From the sequence record SRR20825019_768: a stretch of DNA of 52,610 nucleotides; one strand, given 5' to 3'. This document shows, one piece after another, positions 1 through 7,762 of this stretch (the first letter of the stretch is position 1; the number at the start of each line of letters is the position of its first letter). The notes below the pieces were generated by a model, which had not been told where the DNA came from, ran no database searches, and worked only from the letters and a program-made list of their open reading frames with translations. Made by a program: the position numbers and the translations under genes.

Positions 1-30
1 TATCCGCAGATTTCGCTGATTTTCACAGAT
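1..30. repeat. 30-bp terminal direct repeat (identical to 52581-52610); left arm of a REP-like element
   Basis: TATCCGCAGATTTCGCTGATTTTCACAGAT occurs exactly at 1-30 and 52581-52610; bases 2-30 match 14449-14477 at 27/29. Confidence 0.95.
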
Positions 31-108
31 AAAAAAAACAGTTCACTGAGATCGTTATCTAGCGACAGGGCTTCTGAATTGAGCTTTGGCTCTTTTCTTC
101 TAAGAACA

Positions 109-172
109 ATCTGCGCTCATCTGCGTAATGTGCGGATCAAAACTCTGTACCTTCTGTGCCTCCGTGGTTCAA
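109..172. repeat. Right arms of a nested REP-like inverted repeat
   Basis: 109-137 is an imperfect reverse complement of 2-30 (22/29 by manual alignment); 143-172 is an imperfect reverse complement of 52537-52566 (24/30). Confidence 0.85.
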
Positions 173-181
173 ACTTTTCAA

Positions 182-1021
182 TCAGGCAAACCGTCCCTCA
201 CGATAATCGGCAAAAGCCTGCTCGACCTGTTCGCGGGTGTTCATCACAAACGGCCCACCGCGAGCCACCGGTTCTTTTAGCGGCTGCCCTGAAACCAGCA
301 AAAACTCGCTGCTTCCTTCAGCAGAAAGCCTCACGCTCTGCCCCTGCTCAAGCACACCCAATTGACCGGCTTTTAATGGCCGCTGCTTATCACCGATTAA
401 TAACTGGCCCTTAATGACATAAATAAAGCTGTTATCTCCATCCGGTACATGCTGTTCGAAGCGGGTATCCGCCGGTAACGCCACATGCAGATAAAGTGGA
501 TTCACGTAAGGGTTGTCAATTACGCCCTCTGTGCCTTTATCGGTCTGGCCGGCCACCACTTTGATTCGCGTCCCGTTTTCAAGCGTTTCAACTGGAATCT
601 CTGCGGCGGAACGTTCCTGATAACGCGGTTCATTCATTTTTTCAGCGGCAGGCAGGTTGACCCAGAGCTGGAATCCGGCCAGCAGCCCATCTTCTTGCTC
701 CGGCATTTCCGAATGGATAATACCTCGGCCCGCGGTCATCCATTGCACACCTCCGGTTTCGATGACACCCTGGTTACCGGCGCTGTCTTCATGACGCATT
801 TTGCCGGCCAGCATATAAGTGACTGTCTCGAAACCACGATGCGGATGAGGTGGAAAACCAGCCAGATATTCCTGCGGCCGGTCTGAACCAAAAGCATCAA
901 ACATCAGAAATGGGTCCAGCATATTCAACTGCGGCGAACCGATAATGCGTTTGAGCTGCACACCAGCCCCGTCAGACACCTGATCGCCGTTGACGATTTG
1001 TCTGAGTTCTCTTGTATTCAT
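182..1021 (-). CDS. Pirin family protein (bicupin, quercetin 2,3-dioxygenase-like)
   Basis: Pirin motifs DGAGV, GFPPHPHRGFETVTY, QWMTAGRGIIHSE, QLWVNLP and GPFVMN. Confidence 0.95.
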   Translation of the reverse strand: MNTRELRQIVNGDQVSDGAGVQLKRIIGSPQLNMLDPFLMFDAFGSDRPQEYLAGFPPHPHRGFETVTYMLAGKMRHEDSAGNQGVIETGGVQWMTAGRGIIHSEMPEQEDGLLAGFQLWVNLPAAEKMNEPRYQERSAAEIPVETLENGTRIKVVAGQTDKGTEGVIDNPYVNPLYLHVALPADTRFEQHVPDGDNSFIYVIKGQLLIGDKQRPLKAGQLGVLEQGQSVRLSAEGSSEFLLVSGQPLKEPVARGGPFVMNTREQVEQAFADYREGRFA

Positions 1022-1617
1022 GATGCTTCTCCTGCAGCAATCGCTGCCAGTTTTTCACTGATATCAATATTGTCATTGGCTGCCCGATGCAAGTCATTGG
1101 CGTTTACCAGGGTGACATCGTCTATGCCAAGAAAGCCCATCACATGGCGCAGATAAGTCGAGGCATAATCAACTTCACTGCCCAGTGGCACACCACCGGA
1201 TGCAACAACCAGAAAAGCTTTTTTGTCTTTTAATAAACCTTCCGGCCCGTTTTCAGTATAGCGAAAGGTCACTCTGGCTCTTGCGACCTGATCTATCCAG
1301 GCTTTCAAAACCGCTGGGACACTGAAGTTATAAATGGGAGCAGCAATGATGATATGACTCGCCTGCTCCAACTCCTCAATCAGCCTGTCTGACATTGCCA
1401 GCGCTGCTTTCTGCTCATCACTGCGATCAGCGGGGTCAGTGAAGTTGGCACCAACCCATTGTTCATCAATGAAATCGATGCCTTCCGCCAAATCACGCTT
1501 AACCACAGCCAGTCCACTCTGGTGCTGTAACTGATGGGTCAGCTGTGCTGAGAGATCGCGGGTCACAGAGCCTTGAATACGGCTACTGGAATTAATCTGT
1601 AAAATCATGTTTTGCAT
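1018..1617 (-). CDS. azoR: FMN-dependent NADH:quinone oxidoreductase / azoreductase
   Basis: ILQINSS..S.TR.L N-terminus, APIYNFSVPAVLKAWIDQV, TFRYTENGPEGLL; start moved to the ATG at 1617, which follows an AGGGAG RBS (ORF track starts at 1683). Confidence 0.92.
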   Translation of the reverse strand: MQNMILQINSSSRIQGSVTRDLSAQLTHQLQHQSGLAVVKRDLAEGIDFIDEQWVGANFTDPADRSDEQKAALAMSDRLIEELEQASHIIIAAPIYNFSVPAVLKAWIDQVARARVTFRYTENGPEGLLKDKKAFLVVASGGVPLGSEVDYASTYLRHVMGFLGIDDVTLVNANDLHRAANDNIDISEKLAAIAAGEAS

Positions 1618-1633
1618 TGTATTTCTCCCTAAT

Positions 1634-2029
1634 TCAGTTGCGATTGACGCGCAGATTATCAATGGCAAAAGCGCCACTGCCATGCGCGACCAGAGTCAAT
1701 AAACCACCGGCAATCGCCAGATTTTTCATAAAAAGAATGCTTTGCATCTGATCGCTAAAATCAAAGTGGAACAGAACCGCTGCCAGTAAACTGAAACCAG
1801 CAAGTACCAAGGCGGCCACCCGGGTTTTAAAACCCAGCAATACAGCGAGGCCTGCCATAATTTCGGTCACGATCACCAGTGGCAGTAATGCGCCCGATAT
1901 CCCCATCGACTCCATGTAGCCCTGCGTACCTGCATAACCTGCGCCCAGCTTGCTGACACCGGCATTGATGAAGATGGCGCTCAATAGCACCCGGCCTGCC
2001 AGTGATGAAGTATTGCTCGCTAAATTCAT
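1634..2029 (-). CDS. DoxX family membrane protein
   Basis: 131 aa, about 4 TM segments, GRVLLSAIFI..G..K, EI.AGLAVLLG.KTR, FMKNLAIAGGLL. Confidence 0.92.
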   Translation of the reverse strand: MNLASNTSSLAGRVLLSAIFINAGVSKLGAGYAGTQGYMESMGISGALLPLVIVTEIMAGLAVLLGFKTRVAALVLAGFSLLAAVLFHFDFSDQMQSILFMKNLAIAGGLLTLVAHGSGAFAIDNLRVNRN

Positions 2030-2109
2030 TGTTATTTCCTCATTTTTGTTGATGACGAGAACAATTTAATCGTTTCCCTTTTTCTGAAAAACACGCTATT
2101 AATAAACTT

Positions 2110-2132
2110 ATTGTTTCCTTAATGAGAACGAT
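2110..2132. promoter_or_regulatory. Putative LysR-family binding site (imperfect palindrome)
   Basis: ATTGTTTCCTTAATGAGAACGAT (ATTGTT...AACGAT arms) in the divergent doxX/lysR intergenic region, just upstream of the lysR ATG. Confidence 0.5.
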
Positions 2133-2136
2133 TTAA

Positions 2137-3045
2137 ATGAATCAACTGGAAGAGATGCAGACTTATGTCCGTATTGTGGAGGCCGGCAGTATTACCCGTG
2201 CAGCAGAGCAGATGAATACGGTGAAATCAGCGGTCAGTAAACGCCTGACAGATCTTGAAAAACGATTGGGTGTGAACCTGCTCAAACGGACAACGCGTAA
2301 ACAGACGCTGACCGATGCCGGCCGCGATTATTACCAGCATTGTGTGCGCATTCTGGATGATATTTACGAGGTGGAGTCCGCGCTGAGTGATGAGCAGGCA
2401 GCGCTGTCAGGGAGGATTCGAATGGCGGCACCGATTAGTTTCGGTCTGATGCACTTGAGTCCGGCACTCAGAGAATTCAACCGGATACATCCGGATATTA
2501 TTTTTGATATTGAGTTTAATGACAGGCAGCAGGATCTGGTTACCGAAGGCATTGATCTGGCGATCCGGGTATCCAATCTGGCGGATTCGAGTTTGATTGC
2601 CAGAAAACTCTCAACAACGCGACTGTTGATTTGTGGCAGCCCGCATTATTTCGCCCGAAATGGCACCCCGAAAACTGCTGAAGACCTGCTCTACGGGCAT
2701 ACCAAACTCCAATACAGTCATGTCAGCGCCAGTTGGCAACTGAAAAATCACCAGGGTGAAAAACTGTCAGTCAACCTGCCAGCAGTCATGACCGCCAATA
2801 ATGGCCAGTTCCTGCATGATGCCGCGGTAGAAGGCAAAGGCTTGATTCTGTCACCGGATTTTATCTGCGCGGATGCAATCCGCTCAGGCAAACTTCAAGC
2901 TGTACTGACAAACTGTTTACTGGAGGATGAAATTGGAATTTATGCCGTTTACCCACAAACACGTTACCTGTCTCAACGAGTCCGAAAGCTGATTGACTTT
3001 CTGCGTGAATATTTTGCCCTGCGACCTGACTGGCAGTGTCCCTGA
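2137..3045 (+). CDS. LysR family transcriptional regulator (CrgA/DmlR-like)
   Basis: N-terminal HTH GSITRAAEQM...SAVSKRL..LE.RLGV.LL.RTTR; DLVTEGIDLAIR in the substrate-binding domain; divergent from doxX-azoR-pirin. Confidence 0.95.
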   Translation: MNQLEEMQTYVRIVEAGSITRAAEQMNTVKSAVSKRLTDLEKRLGVNLLKRTTRKQTLTDAGRDYYQHCVRILDDIYEVESALSDEQAALSGRIRMAAPISFGLMHLSPALREFNRIHPDIIFDIEFNDRQQDLVTEGIDLAIRVSNLADSSLIARKLSTTRLLICGSPHYFARNGTPKTAEDLLYGHTKLQYSHVSASWQLKNHQGEKLSVNLPAVMTANNGQFLHDAAVEGKGLILSPDFICADAIRSGKLQAVLTNCLLEDEIGIYAVYPQTRYLSQRVRKLIDFLREYFALRPDWQCP

Positions 3046-3089
3046 TAAGTTGACCATGGTGCTGATCAGTAAAGCCATGAACGCCCTGA

Positions 3090-3707
3090 TTAAGCCCTTA
3101 ACTCTCTGAGACTGTCTTTGATAATACTCAATGCTGAACGCAGCACAAAAAGGGCAATCAAGCAGCCGATAACCAGATCCGGCCAGCCTTGCTGGAGAGC
3201 AGAGACCATCACTGCTGCAACGATGACACCAATGTTGGCGACCATATCATTGCGTGAACATAGCCAGGTCGAGCGAAGATTGATATCACCATTACGATAT
3301 CGCGATAACAGCATAAAACAAATCAGATTAACCAACAAAGCAAGCGCGGCTACCCAGCCCATTGAAAACGAATCCGGGACAGTGCCTGCCAGAAAATGGC
3401 TGATAACACTATAAAGCACCAGCAAGACCAGCAGCGCCTGAAAACAGCCATTGAGCAGTGCCGCACTGGCCTTCTGTCGCAGGCTTCCCTGAACTACCAG
3501 AAAACTGATTAAATAAACCACCGCATCAGCCAGCATATCCAGCGAGTCCGCCATCAGCCCGGTTGATGACGCCAGCCAGCCCAGAGTGAATTCAATTACA
3601 AACATCAGCGCATTGAGCGCCAGCACAATCAACAGGATTTTTTTCTTATCGCCAGTGAAATCACTGGCGCAGTTGTCATGACAACAATCACTCATATCCC
3701 GGAACAC
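3090..3707 (-). CDS. Cation diffusion facilitator (CzcD-like) transporter, transmembrane domain only
   Basis: STGLMADSLDMLADA and NLRSTWLCSRND motifs, about 6 TM segments, Cys/His-rich N-terminus; true start may be the ATG at 3695. Confidence 0.85.
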   Translation of the reverse strand: MFRDMSDCCHDNCASDFTGDKKKILLIVLALNALMFVIEFTLGWLASSTGLMADSLDMLADAVVYLISFLVVQGSLRQKASAALLNGCFQALLVLLVLYSVISHFLAGTVPDSFSMGWVAALALLVNLICFMLLSRYRNGDINLRSTWLCSRNDMVANIGVIVAAVMVSALQQGWPDLVIGCLIALFVLRSALSIIKDSLRELRA

Positions 3708-3711
3708 ATAG

Positions 3712-4629
3712 CTATTTCAAAAAAAAGTCAAAATCACGCTGATGCCGATCAACACTGGCCTTACCTTCATCTATTGCTTCTTCAGCACGGTAAAACTCCA
3801 GAATACCGATATGAGCCAGACGCGGTGACAGAATAATTTCCGGTGGGTCCCCCGCCATACGGCTACGGGTAATCCGATCCTGGGTAATATTTATTGAAGC
3901 CGCAATCGCATCCATTAAATCAGGCGCTTCTTCTTCCTTCTCACCATTACTGAACAGGTTGCTGGTGTAATCGGCGACCATGTCAGTGAAACGTTCAGTG
4001 AAGCTCGGGTTGGCCGGTTCACTGGTATCGACTTTTTCCGGCGACTCAGCGCGAAAATGCTTGCCTACGATATCGCTGTTGAGATTCACGGCGATAACAA
4101 CATCGGCGCCCAGAGCACGGCATACCGAAACCGGCACCGGGTTTACCAGCCCACCGTCAATCAACCAGCGATCATTATGTTTGATGGCCGGAAACAGGCC
4201 CGGTAAGGAAATAGATGACCAGACAGAATCCAGTACTTTACCCTGTGTATTCCAGATTTCGCGTCCGGTATTCAGATCGGTGGCCACAGTGGCAAAAGAT
4301 TTATCCAAATCTTCAATTAACTGCTCAGTGCTGACAACATATTCATCCAGAAAATGATGGAATCTGGATTTATTGACAAAACCGCGCAAAGATCGATTAA
4401 TAGTGAAGTAACGGGCTGTTTTTAACTTATCCAGTTCGGTAACCCAGTCTTCCAGTTTGTCGATGTTACCTGCCACATAGGCTGCACCCACCAGGGCACC
4501 AATCGAACTTCCACAAACAATATCCGGTTCAAAACCAAGCTCAGTGAGTCGCTGTATCACTCCAATATGAGCCCAGCCTCTGGCAGCACCACTGCCCAGG
4601 GCAAGACCGACTTTTACCTTTTTCTTCAT
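3712..4629 (-). CDS. rssA: Patatin-like phospholipase (RssA/NTE family)
   Basis: GLALGSGAARGWAHIG, GSSIG nucleophile elbow, DGG motif, SRMAGDPP. Confidence 0.9.
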   Translation of the reverse strand: MKKKVKVGLALGSGAARGWAHIGVIQRLTELGFEPDIVCGSSIGALVGAAYVAGNIDKLEDWVTELDKLKTARYFTINRSLRGFVNKSRFHHFLDEYVVSTEQLIEDLDKSFATVATDLNTGREIWNTQGKVLDSVWSSISLPGLFPAIKHNDRWLIDGGLVNPVPVSVCRALGADVVIAVNLNSDIVGKHFRAESPEKVDTSEPANPSFTERFTDMVADYTSNLFSNGEKEEEAPDLMDAIAASINITQDRITRSRMAGDPPEIILSPRLAHIGILEFYRAEEAIDEGKASVDRHQRDFDFFLK

Positions 4630-4675
4630 TCAGATATTCTTTATATTATTCTTTAACTTACAAAGTAAATTTAAA

Positions 4676-5071
4676 GTGGAAATGAATAATGCTTATTTGT
4701 TTGTTTACGGTACACTGATGCAGAACAGTCAGCACCCGATGCACCAGGTTTTGCAAACTCACAGCGAGTTTGTCTGTGAGGGCTGGATACAAGCTCAACT
4801 GTATCAGATTCATGATTATCCGGGCGCTGTGTTATCAGACAATGTCGCCGATAGAGTGCATGGCGAGGTTTATCGGTTGACCGACCTGTCAGTGCTGGCA
4901 CAACTGGATGATTTTGAAGAATGCTCTGCCGCCTTTCCGGAGCCGCACGAATACCGTCGGCGACCTATCAATGTGGTCATCACTCCAGCCAAGCATATCA
5001 AGGCCTGGGCTTATCTATACAACCATAAAGTCAATCCCGGCAAACGTATTAAAAGCGGTCGTTTCAGATAA
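4676..5071 (+). CDS. Gamma-glutamylcyclotransferase (AIG2-like) family protein
   Basis: LFVYGTLM, YPG, V.GEVY, LD.FE, Y.R and AW.Y.Y motifs. Confidence 0.9.
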   Translation: MEMNNAYLFVYGTLMQNSQHPMHQVLQTHSEFVCEGWIQAQLYQIHDYPGAVLSDNVADRVHGEVYRLTDLSVLAQLDDFEECSAAFPEPHEYRRRPINVVITPAKHIKAWAYLYNHKVNPGKRIKSGRFR

Positions 5072-5154
5072 ATTCGACAGCCTGTGAATAAATTTTTAAA
5101 GTTCATCAAAATCAAGTCGATAGCCTTCATACAGAACACATAAAGTGAAGATCG

Positions 5155-5370
5155 ATGAACGAAATACCTCGTCTCAGTCACTACAATATGGTGACTGTCA
5201 GCACGCCGGCTCAGGTCGGTCCCGCACGCCCCATTGCTGACAAAACCAAATCAGTGTCTGAATTTGACCGACGAAATCAACCTGATCGGCGCAAGCGCAA
5301 TAAAAAGCCACGAATTGAGCGTCGCGTGTCTTCTGATCGTCGTGGCCCGCGGTTTGATGCCAAGGTCTGA
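5155..5370 (+). CDS. Small hypothetical protein with repeated (D/E)RR motifs
   Basis: 71-aa ORF filling the gap between genes; DRRNQPDRR and ERRVSSDRR motifs. Confidence 0.65.
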   Translation: MNEIPRLSHYNMVTVSTPAQVGPARPIADKTKSVSEFDRRNQPDRRKRNKKPRIERRVSSDRRGPRFDAKV

Positions 5371-5374
5371 CTAG

Positions 5375-5794
5375 TTACCCTGCTGGTGGGAAATCGGCTG
5401 CATTTTCTGATATCCAGCGAAAGGCGGCCTGTTCGCTGCTGAGCTTCTGACCGGTTTCGGCCTCCAGCCGACGTCGGTAAGCTTCTATATGACACACCTG
5501 CTCTACCATTCGCATCGCATAGCGCACCGCCTGATCTCTAAACCCAACCCCAATCAAATATTTTCTGCCCTCCCGGCTACACCAGCGCACGATTCCCTCT
5601 GCACTGAAACCTGGTCTGCCACAATTAATTTCCACCAAGATACTCTCGCCGACAGGCGCCGGTTGCTGGCTGGTGAAACATAAGCCGCCCTGGCTGACAT
5701 CTCGTGCCGTCTGAGTCTGTTGACGCTGTCCCACCCGGAACCTGATAGGAATCGTGCTGGGATGACGGATATACTGTCGAAGTTCTTCTATCAT
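5375..5794 (-). CDS. PilZ domain protein (c-di-GMP receptor)
   Basis: RQYIR (RxxxR) and DVSQGG (D/NxSxxG) motifs, G.VRWC and IGVGF; C-terminal RMVEQVCHIE..R helix. Confidence 0.9.
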   Translation of the reverse strand: MIEELRQYIRHPSTIPIRFRVGQRQQTQTARDVSQGGLCFTSQQPAPVGESILVEINCGRPGFSAEGIVRWCSREGRKYLIGVGFRDQAVRYAMRMVEQVCHIEAYRRRLEAETGQKLSSEQAAFRWISENAADFPPAG

Positions 5795-5829
5795 CTCAGC
5801 AACTTAGCATAGCGTTTTAAATCTGTGAA

Positions 5830-7206
5830 TCAGTAGAGCTTTTTCAGTTTGTCGTTGATGAGGCCCAGACGGCCGGTGCTGACAGCACGACGGCGAATAC
5901 CGCGTACCGGTGCGATAAAAAACAAGTCGCCGTTCTGCCCCTCAAGTTGCTCACCTACACCCACTGATTTTGCCACCCGCGCATTGGCCCGCATATGTCG
6001 ATACTCACCATGAACCGGAATGGCACAGGCAGGTTTCACCCATTGATACATCGCCTTGAGTTCATCCTGCGCCGGATGCCCCGAGGCATGAATGGGTAAG
6101 CGACTGTTATCAACAGTAATCACATCAATCTGCATCGCTTTCAAACGCTCAATTAGTGACTCAATCGCGGCTTCATTACCAGGTATGACTTTGGAGCTGA
6201 AAATCACCGTATCACCGGGTTCCAGCTGCATATCACGAAAGCTGTTATGACTGAGTCTGTTTAATGCTGTACGTGGCTCCCCCTGACTGCCGGTCGCAAC
6301 CAGCAGTACAGTTTGTCTGGGTAGATAACCAAGATGATGAGGATCAACAAAGGTTTCCACCCCGCTCCAGAAGCCCGTCTTCCTGGCAGCCGTATAGGTA
6401 TTGATCAGCGAACGTCCCAGCAGCCCCAGATGACGCCCGGTCTCCTGAGCAATATCCGCAATCGTACGCAACCGGGCAATATTACTGCCGAAACAGGTCA
6501 CGACCACTCGTCCTCTGGCCTGTTCAATATGATGCTTCAGGCCACGCTGTAATGACGCTTCTGAAGCAGACCAACCTGGCACATCGGCATTGGTGGAATC
6601 ACACACCATGGCATAAATATCCAGTTCAGCCAGTGCTTCAAAATCTGCCGGCTGATAGCGCTCACCGACCACCGGATCGCTATCCAGCTTCCAGTCCGCG
6701 GTATGAAAGACCTTACCGACCGGCGTCGCGATCAGCAGTGCAAATGGTTCGGGTATCGAATGGGTCAACTGAATCCAACGCACATTGAAAACACCGATAT
6801 CGATTTCCGCTTTCGCCTCCACGATAGTCACCGGGACTTCGTCCTGCAGGCCAGCCTCTTTCAGCTTGCGACGCAGAATCTCTGCTGTATAAGCTGTGGT
6901 ATAAACCGGACAGCGAAGTTGAGACCAGAGATATGGCACCGCACCGATATGGTCCTCATGGGCATGGGTGATAATCAGGCCATCGAGCCGATCTTTGCGA
7001 TCAGCAATGAATTGAGGATCAGCCATTTGAATTTCGGCACGACTACCGGGGATGGGCTCACCATCGACATCAGTGCGCGCCTCAAAGGTCAGCCCGCAAT
7101 CGACCATCAACCAGCGCCCGTTATGGCCGTATAGGTTGAGGTTCATGCCGATTTCACCTGTCCCGCCCAGTGGCAGGAACCAAAAATCTTCTGCGTCCGG
7201 CGTCAT
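5830..7206 (-). CDS. rnj: Ribonuclease J (MBL/beta-CASP), lacking the usual C-terminal domain
   Basis: PLGGTGEIGMN, THAHEDHIGA, THSIPE, DSTNA, TGSQGEP, IHASGH and PVHGE motifs; 458 aa. Confidence 0.9.
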   Translation of the reverse strand: MTPDAEDFWFLPLGGTGEIGMNLNLYGHNGRWLMVDCGLTFEARTDVDGEPIPGSRAEIQMADPQFIADRKDRLDGLIITHAHEDHIGAVPYLWSQLRCPVYTTAYTAEILRRKLKEAGLQDEVPVTIVEAKAEIDIGVFNVRWIQLTHSIPEPFALLIATPVGKVFHTADWKLDSDPVVGERYQPADFEALAELDIYAMVCDSTNADVPGWSASEASLQRGLKHHIEQARGRVVVTCFGSNIARLRTIADIAQETGRHLGLLGRSLINTYTAARKTGFWSGVETFVDPHHLGYLPRQTVLLVATGSQGEPRTALNRLSHNSFRDMQLEPGDTVIFSSKVIPGNEAAIESLIERLKAMQIDVITVDNSRLPIHASGHPAQDELKAMYQWVKPACAIPVHGEYRHMRANARVAKSVGVGEQLEGQNGDLFFIAPVRGIRRRAVSTGRLGLINDKLKKLY

Positions 7207-7293
7207 AGTATCCTCATTGTTTGAAAACGGTCACCATTATGCCAAAGAAGCGAACTGGCGCAGTTGATAGCGCACAAGATTTTAACGCCGCCC

Positions 7294-7401
7294 CGTGATC
7301 TCTGTCACAGCAGGCTGTGACCCCGTTTGTCCTGAGCGGTTGAAGCCCAGAGCGCTCAACAGTGGTATAATCTGCGGCTGTTTTGAATCAAGTCATTGAT
7401 T
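7294..7401 (+). promoter_or_regulatory. Putative oadGAB promoter region: CRP-like box, 8-bp palindrome, extended -10, IHF-like sites
   Basis: CGTGA-N6-TCACA at 7294-7309; GTCACAGC-AG-GCTGTGAC at 7304-7321; TGGTATAAT at 7363-7371; WATCAANNNNTTR matches on both strands within 7386-7401. Confidence 0.5.
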
Positions 7402-7434
7402 TAATGACGTTAGCGATGCACAGAGGAGGTCGGT

Positions 7435-7716
7435 ATGACTGCATCCAATCTGATGTCCGAAGGTTTGAACCTGATGCTGGTCGGCATGGGGTTTGTCTTC
7501 GTTTTTCTGACATTACTGGTGTTTGTCACCAGTCTGATGTCAAAAATTATTACTCGTTATGAAAAAGATGTCGGCACCTTACCGGAAGAAGGCATTCCCG
7601 CCCCCACTGCCGTTATCAGCCAGGCGATGAGTTCCAGACAGCATGCCAATGATGACAAGAGCCTGATCACGGTTCTGTCCGCTGCCATTCACAAGTTCCG
7701 CTCACGTCATAAATAA
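7435..7716 (+). CDS. oadG: Na+-translocating oxaloacetate decarboxylase gamma subunit
   Basis: [18 protein letters not shown] single TM segment, C-terminal SAAIH.FR; GGAGG RBS; upstream of oadA. Confidence 0.93.
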   Translation: MTASNLMSEGLNLMLVGMGFVFVFLTLLVFVTSLMSKIITRYEKDVGTLPEEGIPAPTAVISQAMSSRQHANDDKSLITVLSAAIHKFRSRHK

Positions 7717-7762
7717 ACCGCCTGCATCAACAAGGCAGTTTCCGTTAGATCAAACTAAGGCC

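Noticed and set aside
1-172. CRISPR array suggested by ~30-nt repeats
   Set aside because: Copies are inverted and dispersed rather than tandem direct repeats with unique spacers; no cas genes
79-886. Plus-strand ORFs 79-414 and 485-886
   Set aside because: Antisense shadows of the pirin gene and repeat region, with no recognisable motifs
7372-7434. Na+-sensing riboswitch upstream of oadG
   Set aside because: The leader is short and I cannot match it to a known aptamer; an Rfam/Infernal search would be needed
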